64,000 nt of DNA from an uncultured delta proteobacterium (GTDB taxonomy: Bacteria; Desulfobacterota; Binatia; Binatales; Binataceae): assembly GCA_963765675.1 (NCBI GenBank), contig CAVXXK010000001.1, forward strand, positions 1,024,001-1,088,000, in the 5' to 3' direction. Of this stretch, positions 40,829-52,322 are shown piece after piece. The notes below the pieces were generated by a model. That model made no database searches. It was given only the letters and a program-made list of their open reading frames with translations, and was not told where the DNA came from. Every line of letters starts with the position of its first letter. Position 1 is the first letter of the stretch. Position numbers and translations under genes: made by a program.

Positions 40829-42000
40829 TTTTCGGTACCGCTGTCGTCGCCCAGGATTTCAACGTCTATATCCGGTGCGCTCGCGATGATTCGCGCGGTG
40901 ACGTCGCGACGCAGCACACGGCGCCATCGCGGCTGATGCGACCTTCCGAGGATGATTTTCGAGATGCAATTGTCACGCGCGTACCCAAGCATTCCAGTGA
41001 CCGGATCGGCCGCCTTGAGCCACACGGTTTCAGCGCCGAGGTCGCTTGCGAGGTTGATGTTGTCGAGCAGCGCGACGAAATCTCCGGTGCGGATCTTTTT
41101 GACCGACTCGGCCGGAGTCTCGATATGCACGGCGTACCAGTCGGCGCTGAGTTGGGTGGCGACCCTGCACGCTTTGCGCAACAGCTTGGCGCCCTCGTCG
41201 GGATTCGAGGATAGTCCGACCATAATTTTTTCAACGACTCGCGCGCGGCGGCCGCCCTCGCGTTTAAGCGTCTCGGCGTCGTGGCGCTGACGGGTAAGCC
41301 CACGTGCGACCTCGCGCAGCGCTAACTCGCGCAATGACGCGAGATTGGCAGGGGTGAAAAAATTGCGCAGCGCCTGCTCGACCTGCTGCGCGGGATAAAT
41401 CTTTCCCTCGCGCAAGCGCTCGCGCAGCGCTTCGACCGTAACGTCAACATTCACAACCTGATCGGCGCGGGTGAGGATCGAATCGGGCACGGTCTCGCGC
41501 ACGTCGATTCCCGTGATCCGCCGGATGACGGAGTTGAGGCTCTCAATATGCTGGATATTGACCGCGGTAATCACGTTGATGCCGGCCTGAGTGAGCTCTT
41601 CGACATCCTGCCAGCGCTTTTCATGCTTTGCGCCGACCGCGTTGGTATGCGCCAGCTCATCAACGATCGCGATCTCCGGGTTACGCGCAAGAACCGCGTC
41701 AAGATCCATCTCCGAAAGCTCGACGCCCTTGTGCGGATATATTTTGCGTGGGATGACTTCGAGGCCGGCGAGCTTCTCTTCGGTCTCTGCGCGCCGATGA
41801 GTTTCCACCACCGCCACGACTACATCGACGCCCTTGGCGCGCAACTGCTGCGCTTCCTCGAGCATCTTCCAGGTTTTGCCGACGCCAGCCGCCGCGCCGA
41901 GGTAGACTTTCAGGCGGCCCTTCTGCGATCGCGCAACCAGGTCGAGGAACGACTCCGGATCGGGTCGCTCCTCATCCTTCAGGTTACGCGATCGTTCCAT
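40825..42000 (-). CDS. kdpD: Stand-alone KdpD N-terminal domain plus Usp domain (no TM or kinase part)
   Basis: GRLKVYLGAAAGVGKT, VDELAHTN, KRWQDVEEL, NIQHIESLN, LRELAL, C-terminal Usp domain. Confidence 0.9.
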   Translation of the reverse strand: MERSRNLKDEERPDPESFLDLVARSQKGRLKVYLGAAAGVGKTWKMLEEAQQLRAKGVDVVVAVVETHRRAETEEKLAGLEVIPRKIYPHKGVELSEMDLDAVLARNPEIAIVDELAHTNAVGAKHEKRWQDVEELTQAGINVITAVNIQHIESLNSVIRRITGIDVRETVPDSILTRADQVVNVDVTVEALRERLREGKIYPAQQVEQALRNFFTPANLASLRELALREVARGLTRQRHDAETLKREGGRRARVVEKIMVGLSSNPDEGAKLLRKACRVATQLSADWYAVHIETPAESVKKIRTGDFVALLDNINLASDLGAETVWLKAADPVTGMLGYARDNCISKIILGRSHQPRWRRVLRRDVTARIIASAPDIDVEILGDDSGTEK

Positions 42001-42002
42001 CG

Positions 42003-42314
42003 CTACCGCTCACTGCCCGGCTCGGATGGTGCCGTGGACGGCTTGCGCGTGAGGTCGACATAGCGCGTGATCTGAACACTCTGGATTCGCTTGCGGGCGG
42101 CACGTCTGCGTCGAGCGCGAGCCAAAGCGAAGTACGCGCCGATCACGATGGACCAAGCGACGATCGCGCCCAGCGCCCACAGCAACTCGCTCAGCGGTAT
42201 CGGCTCCCTGTGCTCCGCAACCGCAACGCGTGCGATCGGCACGGCGGCTAACGCCGCGCATGGCGCACTGAGCTTGAAAAATCCGCCGAAATTTTCCTTT
42301 CCCGGAAACTTCAT
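42003..42314 (-). CDS. Small hypothetical membrane protein within the kdp operon
   Basis: Signal-like segment, one TM, Arg-rich tail; tightly packed between kdpC and kdpD. Confidence 0.5.
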   Translation of the reverse strand: MKFPGKENFGGFFKLSAPCAALAAVPIARVAVAEHREPIPLSELLWALGAIVAWSIVIGAYFALARARRRRAARKRIQSVQITRYVDLTRKPSTAPSEPGSER

Positions 42315-42347
42315 GTTGGGGCGACGATGCTCCTCGGAGGAGGCGGT

Positions 42348-42938
42348 TCATCGTCGGGCACCCGGCAAATCGTCCAGCGCCAGATTCAGTTCCAGCACGT
42401 TAACTCCGGGCTCGCCCAGCACGCCCGCCCATCTCTGCCGAGTATTCTGACGCACGAGCGCGCGAACCGCATCCTCTCCGATTCCCCGTGCGCGAGCCAC
42501 TCGCGCCACCTGGAGTGCGGCGGCGGCGGGGCTGATTTCAGGATCCAGTCCGCTGCCGGACGCGGTCACCAGATCGGCGGGGACACCATCGGGCGCAATC
42601 GGACCATCCTCTTTCGATACTGCGGACACTCGCGCGCGCACCGCGTCGATCAGCGCCTTGTTGGTGGGACCAAGATTTGACCCGCCGGAATTCGACGCGT
42701 CGTAACCCTTGTCGCCGGCGGCAGAAGGACGTGGATGAAAATACTTGTCCTGCGAAAAATTCTGGCCGATCAGAGTCGAGCCGATTGGACGGCCGTCGCG
42801 TATTACCAGGCTGCCATTCGCCTGACTCGGAAACACGATTTGTGCGATCCCCCATACCACGACGGGGTAGATAAACCCGAGCAGAACGGTCATGACGATC
42901 GTCATGATGATCGCGGGTTTGATTTGGTTGCGTATCAC
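42348..42938 (-). CDS. kdpC: K+-transporting ATPase subunit C
   Basis: QANGSL, IGQNF, YFHPRPSA, SGGSNLGP, VTASGSGLDPEIS, VNVLELNLALD. Confidence 0.97.
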   Translation of the reverse strand: MIRNQIKPAIIMTIVMTVLLGFIYPVVVWGIAQIVFPSQANGSLVIRDGRPIGSTLIGQNFSQDKYFHPRPSAAGDKGYDASNSGGSNLGPTNKALIDAVRARVSAVSKEDGPIAPDGVPADLVTASGSGLDPEISPAAAALQVARVARARGIGEDAVRALVRQNTRQRWAGVLGEPGVNVLELNLALDDLPGARR

Positions 42939-42947
42939 AGGATCACC

Positions 42948-44990
42948 TCATGCCAAATGCATCGCTGCGACGGCCATGTCGATCGCCTTGATTCCGATGA
43001 ACGGAATAATCACGCCGCCCAGGCCATAGATGAGCAGATTGCGAGTCAGGATCGCCGCCGCGCCCACTGGACGATAGGCCACGCCGCGGAGCGCAAGCGG
43101 AATCAACGCGATAATGATCAGTGCGTTGAAAATGACGGCTGACAGGATCGCACTCTGCGGCGTGGACAAATGCATCACGTTGAGCGCCTGGAGCTGCGGA
43201 TAGCCCAGCACGAACATCGCGGGGATGATCGCGAAATACTTCGCCACGTCGTTGGCGATCGAGAATGTGGTGAGCGCTCCTCGCGTGATCAGCAATTGCT
43301 TGCCGATCTCGACCACTTCCATAATCTTGGTCGGATTCGAATCGAGGTCGATCATGTTGCCGGCTTCGCGCGCGGCCTGCGTGCCCGCGTTCATCGCGAC
43401 GCCGACATCGGCTTGCGCGAGCGCGGGCGCGTCGTTGGTGCCGTCGCCGATCATCGCGACCAGCTTGCCCTGCGCCTGCTCCTCGCGAATCAGGCGTAGC
43501 TTGGTCTCGGGGGTCGCCTCGGCGCGAAAGTCGTCAACCCCGGCTTCGCGCGCTATCGCGGCGGCGGTCAGCGGGTTGTCGCCGGTGATCATCACCGTGC
43601 GCAGGCCCATCGCGCGCAGCCGCTCGAAACGTTCGCGGATTCCGTCCTTGACGACGTCCTTCAGATGGATGACGCCGAGCACGCGCCCGCGATCGGCGAC
43701 AGCAAGCGGGGTTCCACCCGCCTTTGCGATCTCCTCAACGATCGCCGTGAGCTCTGCGGGCGGAGTGCCGCCGTTTTGCCGAGCGAACTCGAGCACCTGG
43801 TCGCTCGCGCCTTTGCGAATCATCCGGTCGTCGATATCGACGCCGCTCATTCGGGTTTGAGCCGAGAACGCGATGAAGGTCGCGTTGCGCTCGGCCAGAT
43901 CGTGTCCACGCAGATTGAATTCCCGTTTCGCGAGCACCGTGATCGAGCGGCCCTCGGGAGTTTCGTCGGCGAGCGATGCGAGCTGAGCCGCCTCGGCCAA
44001 TTCCGCGACCGCGACGCCTGGCACCGGCAGGAACTCGGTGGCCATCCGGTTGCCGAGCGTGATGGTTCCGGTTTTGTCGAGCAGCAGCGTGTCCACATCG
44101 CCGGCCGCTTCGACTGCGCGGCCGGACATCGCGAGCACATTGTGCTGCACCAGCCGATCCATCCCGGCGATTCCGATTGCAGAGAGCAAACCGCCAATCG
44201 TTGTCGGAATCAGGCACACCAGCAGCGCGACGATGACCGGCAGAGACAGAATCGTTCCGCCATACAGCGCGTATGGATACAGCGTCACGCAGACGAGCAG
44301 AAAAATAACGGTCAGGCCGGCGAGCAGAATGCTCAGCGCGATCTCGTTGGGCGTTTTCTGGCGCTGCGCACCCTCGACCAGCCCGATCATGCGGTCCATA
44401 AAAGTCTCGCCCGGGTTCGCCGTGATCTTGACCTTGATAAAATCCGAGATCACGGTGGTGCCTCCCGTCACGGCGCTGCGATCGCCGCCGCTCTCGCGGA
44501 TAACGGGCGCGGATTCGCCGGTGATGGCCGCCTCGTTGACCGCGGCGACGCCTTCGATAACTTCGCCGTCGCCGGGAATTACGTCGCCAGCTTCGACCAT
44601 CACTACGTCGCCGCGCCGCAGGTTGGTGGCGGGCACGGTCGAGATCGAGCCGTCGGCGGTGACCAGCTTCGCGAAGGTCTCGGTGCGGGTCTTGCGCAGG
44701 TTGTCGGCCTGCGCCTTGCCGCGTCCTTCCGCCATCGCCTCCGCGAAGTTTGCGAACACGACGGTGAACCACAGCCACAGCGCGATTTGCAGTTCGAACT
44801 TGGCCAGCGCTCCACGCGCGGCAAACCAGTCGCGAAACAGAATGATCGTGACCGCGAGCGCGGTGACCTCGACCACGAACATCACGGGGTTGCGCAACTG
44901 GACCCTAGGGTCGAGCTTGCGAAGAGAATCAACCAGGGCGCGCCCGACGATGTCGCGGTCCCAGAGTACGGGCGCTTTTCGTTCAGCCAT
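42948..44990 (-). CDS. kdpB: K+-transporting ATPase subunit B
   Basis: [33 protein letters not shown]. Confidence 0.98.
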   Translation of the reverse strand: MAERKAPVLWDRDIVGRALVDSLRKLDPRVQLRNPVMFVVEVTALAVTIILFRDWFAARGALAKFELQIALWLWFTVVFANFAEAMAEGRGKAQADNLRKTRTETFAKLVTADGSISTVPATNLRRGDVVMVEAGDVIPGDGEVIEGVAAVNEAAITGESAPVIRESGGDRSAVTGGTTVISDFIKVKITANPGETFMDRMIGLVEGAQRQKTPNEIALSILLAGLTVIFLLVCVTLYPYALYGGTILSLPVIVALLVCLIPTTIGGLLSAIGIAGMDRLVQHNVLAMSGRAVEAAGDVDTLLLDKTGTITLGNRMATEFLPVPGVAVAELAEAAQLASLADETPEGRSITVLAKREFNLRGHDLAERNATFIAFSAQTRMSGVDIDDRMIRKGASDQVLEFARQNGGTPPAELTAIVEEIAKAGGTPLAVADRGRVLGVIHLKDVVKDGIRERFERLRAMGLRTVMITGDNPLTAAAIAREAGVDDFRAEATPETKLRLIREEQAQGKLVAMIGDGTNDAPALAQADVGVAMNAGTQAAREAGNMIDLDSNPTKIMEVVEIGKQLLITRGALTTFSIANDVAKYFAIIPAMFVLGYPQLQALNVMHLSTPQSAILSAVIFNALIIIALIPLALRGVAYRPVGAAAILTRNLLIYGLGGVIIPFIGIKAIDMAVAAMHLA

Positions 44991-45022
44991 TCGAGCATTC
45001 CTCCCTTAACAACCGGCGCGGC

Positions 45023-46756
45023 TCAGTAAAGTTTGCCTGAGATCATCGATAGGTGTTCGACGATCGGGCCGAGCGCATCCGCCGGGAAAAAAGTCAGCGC
45101 GGCGACGATCAGGATCACGCCAACCAGCAGGATGACGAAGACCGCTCCGGTGGTTGGAAAAGTACCCGCGCTCTGCGGCACCACGCGCTTGCCCGAGAGC
45201 GATCCCGCCAGCGCGAGCGCGGGAACCTTCATCATGAAGCGCCCGAATAGCATCGAGAGCGCGATCGTGACGTTGAAAAAGGCGGTATTAGCGTTGAGTC
45301 CGGCAAACGCCGAGCCATTGTTCGCCGCGCCTTCCGTGTACGCATAGAGGATTTGTGAAAATCCATGCGGTCCGGGATTCGAGATTCCAGCCAGTCCGGC
45401 CTTGGTCGCGATCGCAACGGCAGCGGGCAGAAGAATCGCCGCCGGAAAGATCAGCACGTAAAACATCGCGAGCTTCATCTCGCGCGATTCGATCTTCTTG
45501 CCCAGATATTCCGGCGTTCGCCCGACCATCAGTCCCGCGATAAACACCGACAGCACCGCCATTACCAGCATCCCGTAAAGTCCCGAGCCGACGCCGCCAA
45601 AAATGATCTCGCCGATCTGCATGTTGACCAGCGGCACCAATCCGCCGAGCGGCGTGTAACTGTCATGCATCGAATTCACCGCGCCGCAGGAAGTGTCGGT
45701 CGTGACCGTCGCCCACAGCGCGGAGTTGATAATCCCGAAGCGGACTTCCTTGCCTTCCATATTGCCGCCGGACTGACCGGCGCTGGCGTGCTGATTCACG
45801 CCAATCCGCGCCAGGTCGGGATTGCCGCGTTGCTCGGCCCATATCGAGGAGGTCGCGCCGACGATGAACAGCAAAGCCATCGCGGTAAACAGCGCCCACC
45901 CCTGCCGTGTGTCGCCTGCCATCAAACCGAAGACATGAGTCAGTCCGGCGGCGATCGCGAAAATCGCCAGCATCTCGAGCAGATTAGTCAGTGGCGTTGG
46001 ATTCTCGTACGGATGCGAGGAGTTGGCGTTGAAGAATCCGCCGCCGTTGGTCCCGAGTTCCTTGATCACCTCCTGCGACGCGACCGGGCCTTCGGCAATA
46101 ATCTGCGTGGCGCCCTCGACCGTCTGTGCGTGAATGTAGGGCTCGAAATTGTCCGGTACCCCCTGCCACACCAGCACCAGGGCCAGCACGATCGAAATTG
46201 GGAGCAGTATCCACAGGGTGGCGCGAGTCAGATCGAACCAGAAGTTTCCAAGCGTCCGCGCGCTGCGCCGGACGAAGCCGCGGATAACCGCGATTGCGAC
46301 CGCGATTCCGGCGGCCGCCGACACGAAATTGTGGAAGGCCAGACCCGCCATCTGCGTCAGGTAGCTCATGGTCGATTCACCGCCGTAAGCCTGCCAGTTA
46401 GTATTGGTGGTGAAGCTTGCGGCGGTGTTGAATGCGAGCGACGGCCCCACCGCGCCGAGCGCCTGCGGGTTTAGCGGCAAGAGGCCCTGCAGCCGCTCGA
46501 TTCCATAGAGCAGAAGCATCCCGGCCATGCTGAACATCAGCATCGCGATCGCATACTCGGCCCAACCCATTTCGGTGGCGGGATTGATCCGGCAGACGCG
46601 GTAGATGATCCGCTCGACGGGCCGCAGGATTGGATCCAGAAAGGTCCGTTCCCCCGAGAAGACGTGCTTCATGTAACGTCCCAGAGGGATCGTCAGGAGC
46701 ACGACGAGGAGGCAGAAAATTCCCAATTGCAATACTTCATTCGAAAGCATTGTCAT
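45023..46756 (-). CDS. kdpA: K+-transporting ATPase subunit A
   Basis: FTTNTNWQAYGGE, LGTNGGGFF, GAVNSMHDS, GRTPEYLGKK, NNGSAFAG. Confidence 0.98.
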   Translation of the reverse strand: MTMLSNEVLQLGIFCLLVVLLTIPLGRYMKHVFSGERTFLDPILRPVERIIYRVCRINPATEMGWAEYAIAMLMFSMAGMLLLYGIERLQGLLPLNPQALGAVGPSLAFNTAASFTTNTNWQAYGGESTMSYLTQMAGLAFHNFVSAAAGIAVAIAVIRGFVRRSARTLGNFWFDLTRATLWILLPISIVLALVLVWQGVPDNFEPYIHAQTVEGATQIIAEGPVASQEVIKELGTNGGGFFNANSSHPYENPTPLTNLLEMLAIFAIAAGLTHVFGLMAGDTRQGWALFTAMALLFIVGATSSIWAEQRGNPDLARIGVNQHASAGQSGGNMEGKEVRFGIINSALWATVTTDTSCGAVNSMHDSYTPLGGLVPLVNMQIGEIIFGGVGSGLYGMLVMAVLSVFIAGLMVGRTPEYLGKKIESREMKLAMFYVLIFPAAILLPAAVAIATKAGLAGISNPGPHGFSQILYAYTEGAANNGSAFAGLNANTAFFNVTIALSMLFGRFMMKVPALALAGSLSGKRVVPQSAGTFPTTGAVFVILLVGVILIVAALTFFPADALGPIVEHLSMISGKLY

Positions 46757-46773
46757 TACTCAGTCGAGTGAGG

Positions 46774-46866
46774 TTAGAACTTTTCGGGATTGATCAGCGC
46801 GTAGATCAGATAGACGCAGAGAACGACGGCGATCGTCGCACCCATGGCCAGATCAAGGGTGCTCAT
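46774..46866 (-). CDS. kdpF: K+-transporting ATPase subunit F (30 aa, absent from the ORF track)
   Basis: MSTLDLAMGATIAVVLCVYLIYALINPEKF*; YLxYALxxPExF signature. Confidence 0.92.
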   Translation of the reverse strand: MSTLDLAMGATIAVVLCVYLIYALINPEKF

Positions 46867-46946
46867 AGCCTTTGGCATCCTGCGACGTAGGCAACGCAGA
46901 CAATGAAGAATGCGATAGTTCCGAAGATGGACAGCAAGTCGTACAT
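46863..46946 (-). CDS. 27-aa membrane peptide preceding kdpF
   Basis: MYDLLSIFGTIAFFIVCVAYVAGCQRL*; stop overlaps the kdpF start (ATGA). Confidence 0.75.
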   Translation of the reverse strand: MYDLLSIFGTIAFFIVCVAYVAGCQRL

Positions 46947-46958
46947 GCAGACCTATCG

Positions 46959-46974
46959 TGCACTCACCGTGCCA
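46959..46974 (-). promoter_or_regulatory. Sigma54 (-24/-12) promoter of the kdp operon
   Basis: TGGCACGGTGAGTGCA versus consensus TGGCACGNNNNTTGCW (one mismatch). Confidence 0.75.
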
Positions 46975-47020
46975 TCTGCAACCTGACCGCCGATACTCGC
47001 ACTATTTTCCGGCGAGCTTG

Positions 47021-47062
47021 TGCGAGATTTCATTTTGCAATGCGAGACGATGCAACATGCAG
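47021..47062. promoter_or_regulatory. Candidate enhancer (bEBP binding sites)
   Basis: TGCGAGA direct repeat with 20-bp period, each followed by an imperfect palindrome (TTTCATTTTGCAA; TGCAACATGCA), about 50-90 bp upstream of the -24 element. Confidence 0.5.
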
Positions 47063-47154
47063 GCTATCGGAAATGGTGCCGGTACCGAGGTGGAGCGCGA
47101 CCGAGTGCGCGCGGTTTTTGATTCCGGCATACGGAAATCTCTCTTCGCCGGCGC

Positions 47155-48577
<1,423 letters not shown>

Positions 48578-48578
<1 letters not shown>

Positions 48579-50239
48579 TACACTCGCCTCGGATCGAACT
48601 CGGGCCGGCGCCCGGTTCCGTAAAGTTTGAGCGCGCCTTTTTCACCGATCGCGTTGGGCCGCTGGAAGATCCAGTTCTGCCACGCTGACAGGCGCGCGAA
48701 AATTTTCGATTCGATAGTCTCGGGTCCCGCGAAGCGCAGCGACGCTTCCAGTCCGCTGAGCGCGTCGGAGGAAAACGCGGCGCGCTCCTCGATCGCGAGC
48801 CGGGTCTCGTCGTCCCAATCGATATCGTCGGGAGTGAAGCCGACCAGCCCGAGCGCGTCGGCGGCTTCGGCATCAAGCTCCTCGCCGATTCGAGCTCGCA
48901 GCGCTTCGACCTGTTCGGGAGCCGCTAGAAAGCGCGTCTGCAGTCGCGCGAGGCCGTTGCACATCGGCAGCGCGCCGAAATTCATTTTCGACAGCGCGAT
49001 TCGCGCCGGAGCAAGCTCGTCGTCGTCGCGTTTTCCGCGCATCATGTATGCGCGGTCGGCGGCGAGCGCGATTTCCGTCAGGAATCCGCCAAAACACGAA
49101 CCCGGCTCGATCAACGCAAACATCGAGCGCGAGCTTACGTCGAGCCGCTTCAAGGTGCGCTTCAGGTAGAGAACGATCTCGCGGAAGAGCCAGTCGCCGG
49201 CGTGCGTCGCCAGGAAATCGTCGTGAGACTTTACCCGCGCGAGGTCGCCCACGGTTTGGAAGATCCAGGTATGGATCGTGTCTTCGTTAAAGCGCAGATG
49301 AAGGATCGCGTCCTCGAGCTCGCGCGCGAACGCCAGCGGCCAGAACTCGCATCCGAGCGCGATCGCCTGGTCGATTCGCGTCGGCGCCGGCTCGGACGGA
49401 CCCTCGATACGGAAGACAGCGGCGGAGCGCGCGCGATCGAGCTCAACCGTCATGTGCGGATACACAATCCGGTCGCCTTCGATCGTGCGCGCGAGCGGGC
49501 GTAGCGCGATCCCGCTGTGAGCGGAGGCGCTGCGATCCGAGCGCGCCGCGAACTCGGCCGCCTTGCGCGCCGCGATCTCCGCAAGCGCGGAGCGTGGCGC
49601 GACTTGATCGACCAGCCGCCAATCGACAGCGCGCGCGCCCTTGATTCCTTCCTCGGTGGTGCAGAAAAAGTCCGCGTGGTCGCGCCGCACGTGCCGCTTG
49701 TCCACCAGCCGCGTCAGCCCTCCGGTTCCCGGCAACACCGCGAGGAGAGGCAGCTCGGGCAGCGAGACGCTGGTCGAGCCGTCATCGGCCATGATGATGT
49801 AATCCGTCGCGAGCGCGAGCTCGTAGCCTCCGCCCGCGCACGGACCGCCGATCGCGGTCATATAGAACTGCCGCGAATTCTGCGTCGCGTCCTCGATCGC
49901 GATACGGGTCTCATTGGTGAACTTGCAGAAATTCACTTTGAACGGATGGCTCGACTGCGCGAGCATCCTGATGTTCGCGCCGGCGGAGAACACGCGCTCC
50001 CGCGCCGAGGTGATCATCACGCATCCGACCTCCGGATGCTCGAAGCGCAGGCGCTGGATCGCGTCGTTGAGTTCGATATCGACGCCCAGGTCATAGGAAT
50101 TGAGCTTCAGCTCGTAGCCTGGAACCAGGCCGGCGGTTTCGTCCACGTCCATCGCGAGCGTGGCGACCGCTCCCGCGATCGAAAGCTTCCAGTGCCGGTA
50201 GCGCGAAGGCTCGGTGCGAAAATCAATGATTGGAGTCAT
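48578..50239 (-). CDS. boxC: 2,3-epoxybenzoyl-CoA dihydrolase
   Basis: YRHWKL, LKLNSYDLGVDIEL, KVNFCKFTNETR, LAVLPGTGGLTR, RLSAWQNWIFQRPNA. Confidence 0.95.
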
Positions 50240-50255
50240 TGGGTTCGTTTCCAGT

Positions 50256-52235
50256 TTAGCGCCGGCGCAGCGCGATGCGAACCTCACCCGCACCTCGAGC
50301 GGTGACGAGCAGGCGTTGATGCTCGGCATCGGATCGAGCTTCGCCGCCGGAGATCTCGAAATCGTATCCGCGTGGATATTGCAGCCGCGGCACGAAGATC
50401 TCGGTCTCGCCCGGATGATCCCGATCGGTGTCGAAGACGAACTCGAAGGTGCCCGACAGCCGATCGAACTTCATCATTCGCGGCGTCCCCTGCGTGGCGT
50501 GCGCGAAAGGACGAACGAACCCAGCAAGCGCGCGTCCGCCGCTGTCGAGGTCCGTGGGGTCGGTCTGCTGATCACGGGAGAAGATGCTTAAGTCCTCCTG
50601 GTTCCATCCGTCGCCGATCGCCAGATCGTTGCGATTGGACGCGGTGTAGTTCCAGTGCGTGCTGTTGATCAGCAGCGCGTCGAGCGCGTTGTACATCAGG
50701 TCGAGTGCGACGATATGCGGAGTCCACGGAGCTAAGGAGCGGTCGCCGTCGCGGAAGGCGCGATAAGCCTCGGCGCCGTTTAAGTCGAACGGAATTCCGA
50801 ACTCGCCGACCATCGTCGGCACTCCGTCGCCGATGCGCTCCGAGGTTTTGGCAAGCCGTCCGAGCTGCTGCTCGTAGCGAGTCTGAATCTGCGCGGCAAT
50901 GGCGGCCGTCTCGCCGCTCATCGCGCCGAGAGTTAAATCGGTGCGGAAGGTTTTCGTGCCCAACGTCACGATATCGTACCAGTGTCCCGCATTGACGCTG
51001 TTTTCGGGAGTCTCGGCGGGAAAACCGGGTCCGAGGAATCCGGAGAGTGGATCGAGTTCCGCGAACAGGATCCAGTCCGGATTAATCGCGCGCATGTTCT
51101 CGGCCACGCGGGTGAAAAACGGACCCATGTAGTCCTCGATGAAGTTGACCTTGCGATCGCCGACGCGCTGAAAAAAATCGTCGCGCAAAATCTCGTAGCT
51201 GCCGCCGGCGCCGCGCCGCCACGCGCCCGCTTGCTCGAACGGATCGGCGCGACCCTCCTGCCAGATCGATACGCCGCGCTCGTTGATCGCGCGTTCGCGC
51301 CGCTCGACCGTTCGCTTGAGCGCTTTGTCGTATCCGAGCACCGGTATTTTGCGGATCACGCCGTGCGACACCAGCAGCCCGTCGATCGGCGACCACGCGA
51401 GGCCCGCGCCGGCGGGAAACGGATTCTCTTCGCTAGGACCGAGATGGCGATAGCTGAGCGAGTGCCCTATCCATCCTTCGTGCGGCTCGTTCAAGGTGTC
51501 GAAGCCCATCACGTTTGGAAGATCGCGCACGCGTCGGGCGATCTCGGCCTGCGAGGCCAGATAATGCTCCTGCATGTAGTCCTGGATGTTGAGCCCGTCG
51601 ATAACGAGGCCGGGCGCGAAGTCACTGCCCGCGAAAAACAGCGTCCACATGATTCCGTTGGCCGGCCAATGCGCGTTCTGCGACCAGCTCATCGTCGGGT
51701 AACGATCCTCCTGCCTCCCGCCGCGCGCGTAGTCGTAGAGATTTTGCATCACATGCGCCGATTCCGACTCGCCCAGCCGCCGATAGTCGATTCCGACCTT
51801 CTCGAACATCCAGCCCGGAGCGCCGTCGCCGCCACTCATCCGGCTCCATACGTCCTGATGAAAATCGACGAAGACATAGAGCCCAAACTCGCCCGCGCGC
51901 CGGCATAGCTCGGCGTAGTAGTCGAGGTACTCGGCGTCGAATTCGCCCGGCCCGCGATGCTCGACGGCTTCCCACGTCGTCAGCATCCGCACGCAGTTGA
52001 ACCCCCAATGGCGCAGACGCGCGAAATGCTCGGCGGCTTCGTTTAGTGGAAACGGACGCCCAATGAACGAAACCTCGCGATGGTCCGAGAAATCGGAAGG
52101 AAAGTTGGTGCCGCCGTCCGGATAAGGGACCTTGCAGTCGCCGCCCAGGTTGACGCCGCGCAGAATCACGCGGCGTCCCGATTCGTCAACGAACCATCGC
52201 CCCTCGAGATGCAGCCGCGGCATTGTTGTTGCCAT
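50256..52235 (-). CDS. GH5 glycoside hydrolase (endoglycoceramidase-related/steryl-glucosidase-like)
   Basis: LRGVNLGG, TWEAVEH, DFHQDVWSR, TLNEP (acid/base), VGEFG (nucleophile), GDGWNQEDLSIFS; no signal peptide. Confidence 0.88.
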   Translation of the reverse strand: MATTMPRLHLEGRWFVDESGRRVILRGVNLGGDCKVPYPDGGTNFPSDFSDHREVSFIGRPFPLNEAAEHFARLRHWGFNCVRMLTTWEAVEHRGPGEFDAEYLDYYAELCRRAGEFGLYVFVDFHQDVWSRMSGGDGAPGWMFEKVGIDYRRLGESESAHVMQNLYDYARGGRQEDRYPTMSWSQNAHWPANGIMWTLFFAGSDFAPGLVIDGLNIQDYMQEHYLASQAEIARRVRDLPNVMGFDTLNEPHEGWIGHSLSYRHLGPSEENPFPAGAGLAWSPIDGLLVSHGVIRKIPVLGYDKALKRTVERRERAINERGVSIWQEGRADPFEQAGAWRRGAGGSYEILRDDFFQRVGDRKVNFIEDYMGPFFTRVAENMRAINPDWILFAELDPLSGFLGPGFPAETPENSVNAGHWYDIVTLGTKTFRTDLTLGAMSGETAAIAAQIQTRYEQQLGRLAKTSERIGDGVPTMVGEFGIPFDLNGAEAYRAFRDGDRSLAPWTPHIVALDLMYNALDALLINSTHWNYTASNRNDLAIGDGWNQEDLSIFSRDQQTDPTDLDSGGRALAGFVRPFAHATQGTPRMMKFDRLSGTFEFVFDTDRDHPGETEIFVPRLQYPRGYDFEISGGEARSDAEHQRLLVTARGAGEVRIALRRR

Positions 52236-52322
52236 TTATTCGCTCTTCGCCCCGTGATGTTCTCTTGAATCTATACTAGAGAGAAGGGATACAGCGCCAA
52301 GCGCGAGCACACGAGGTGAATC

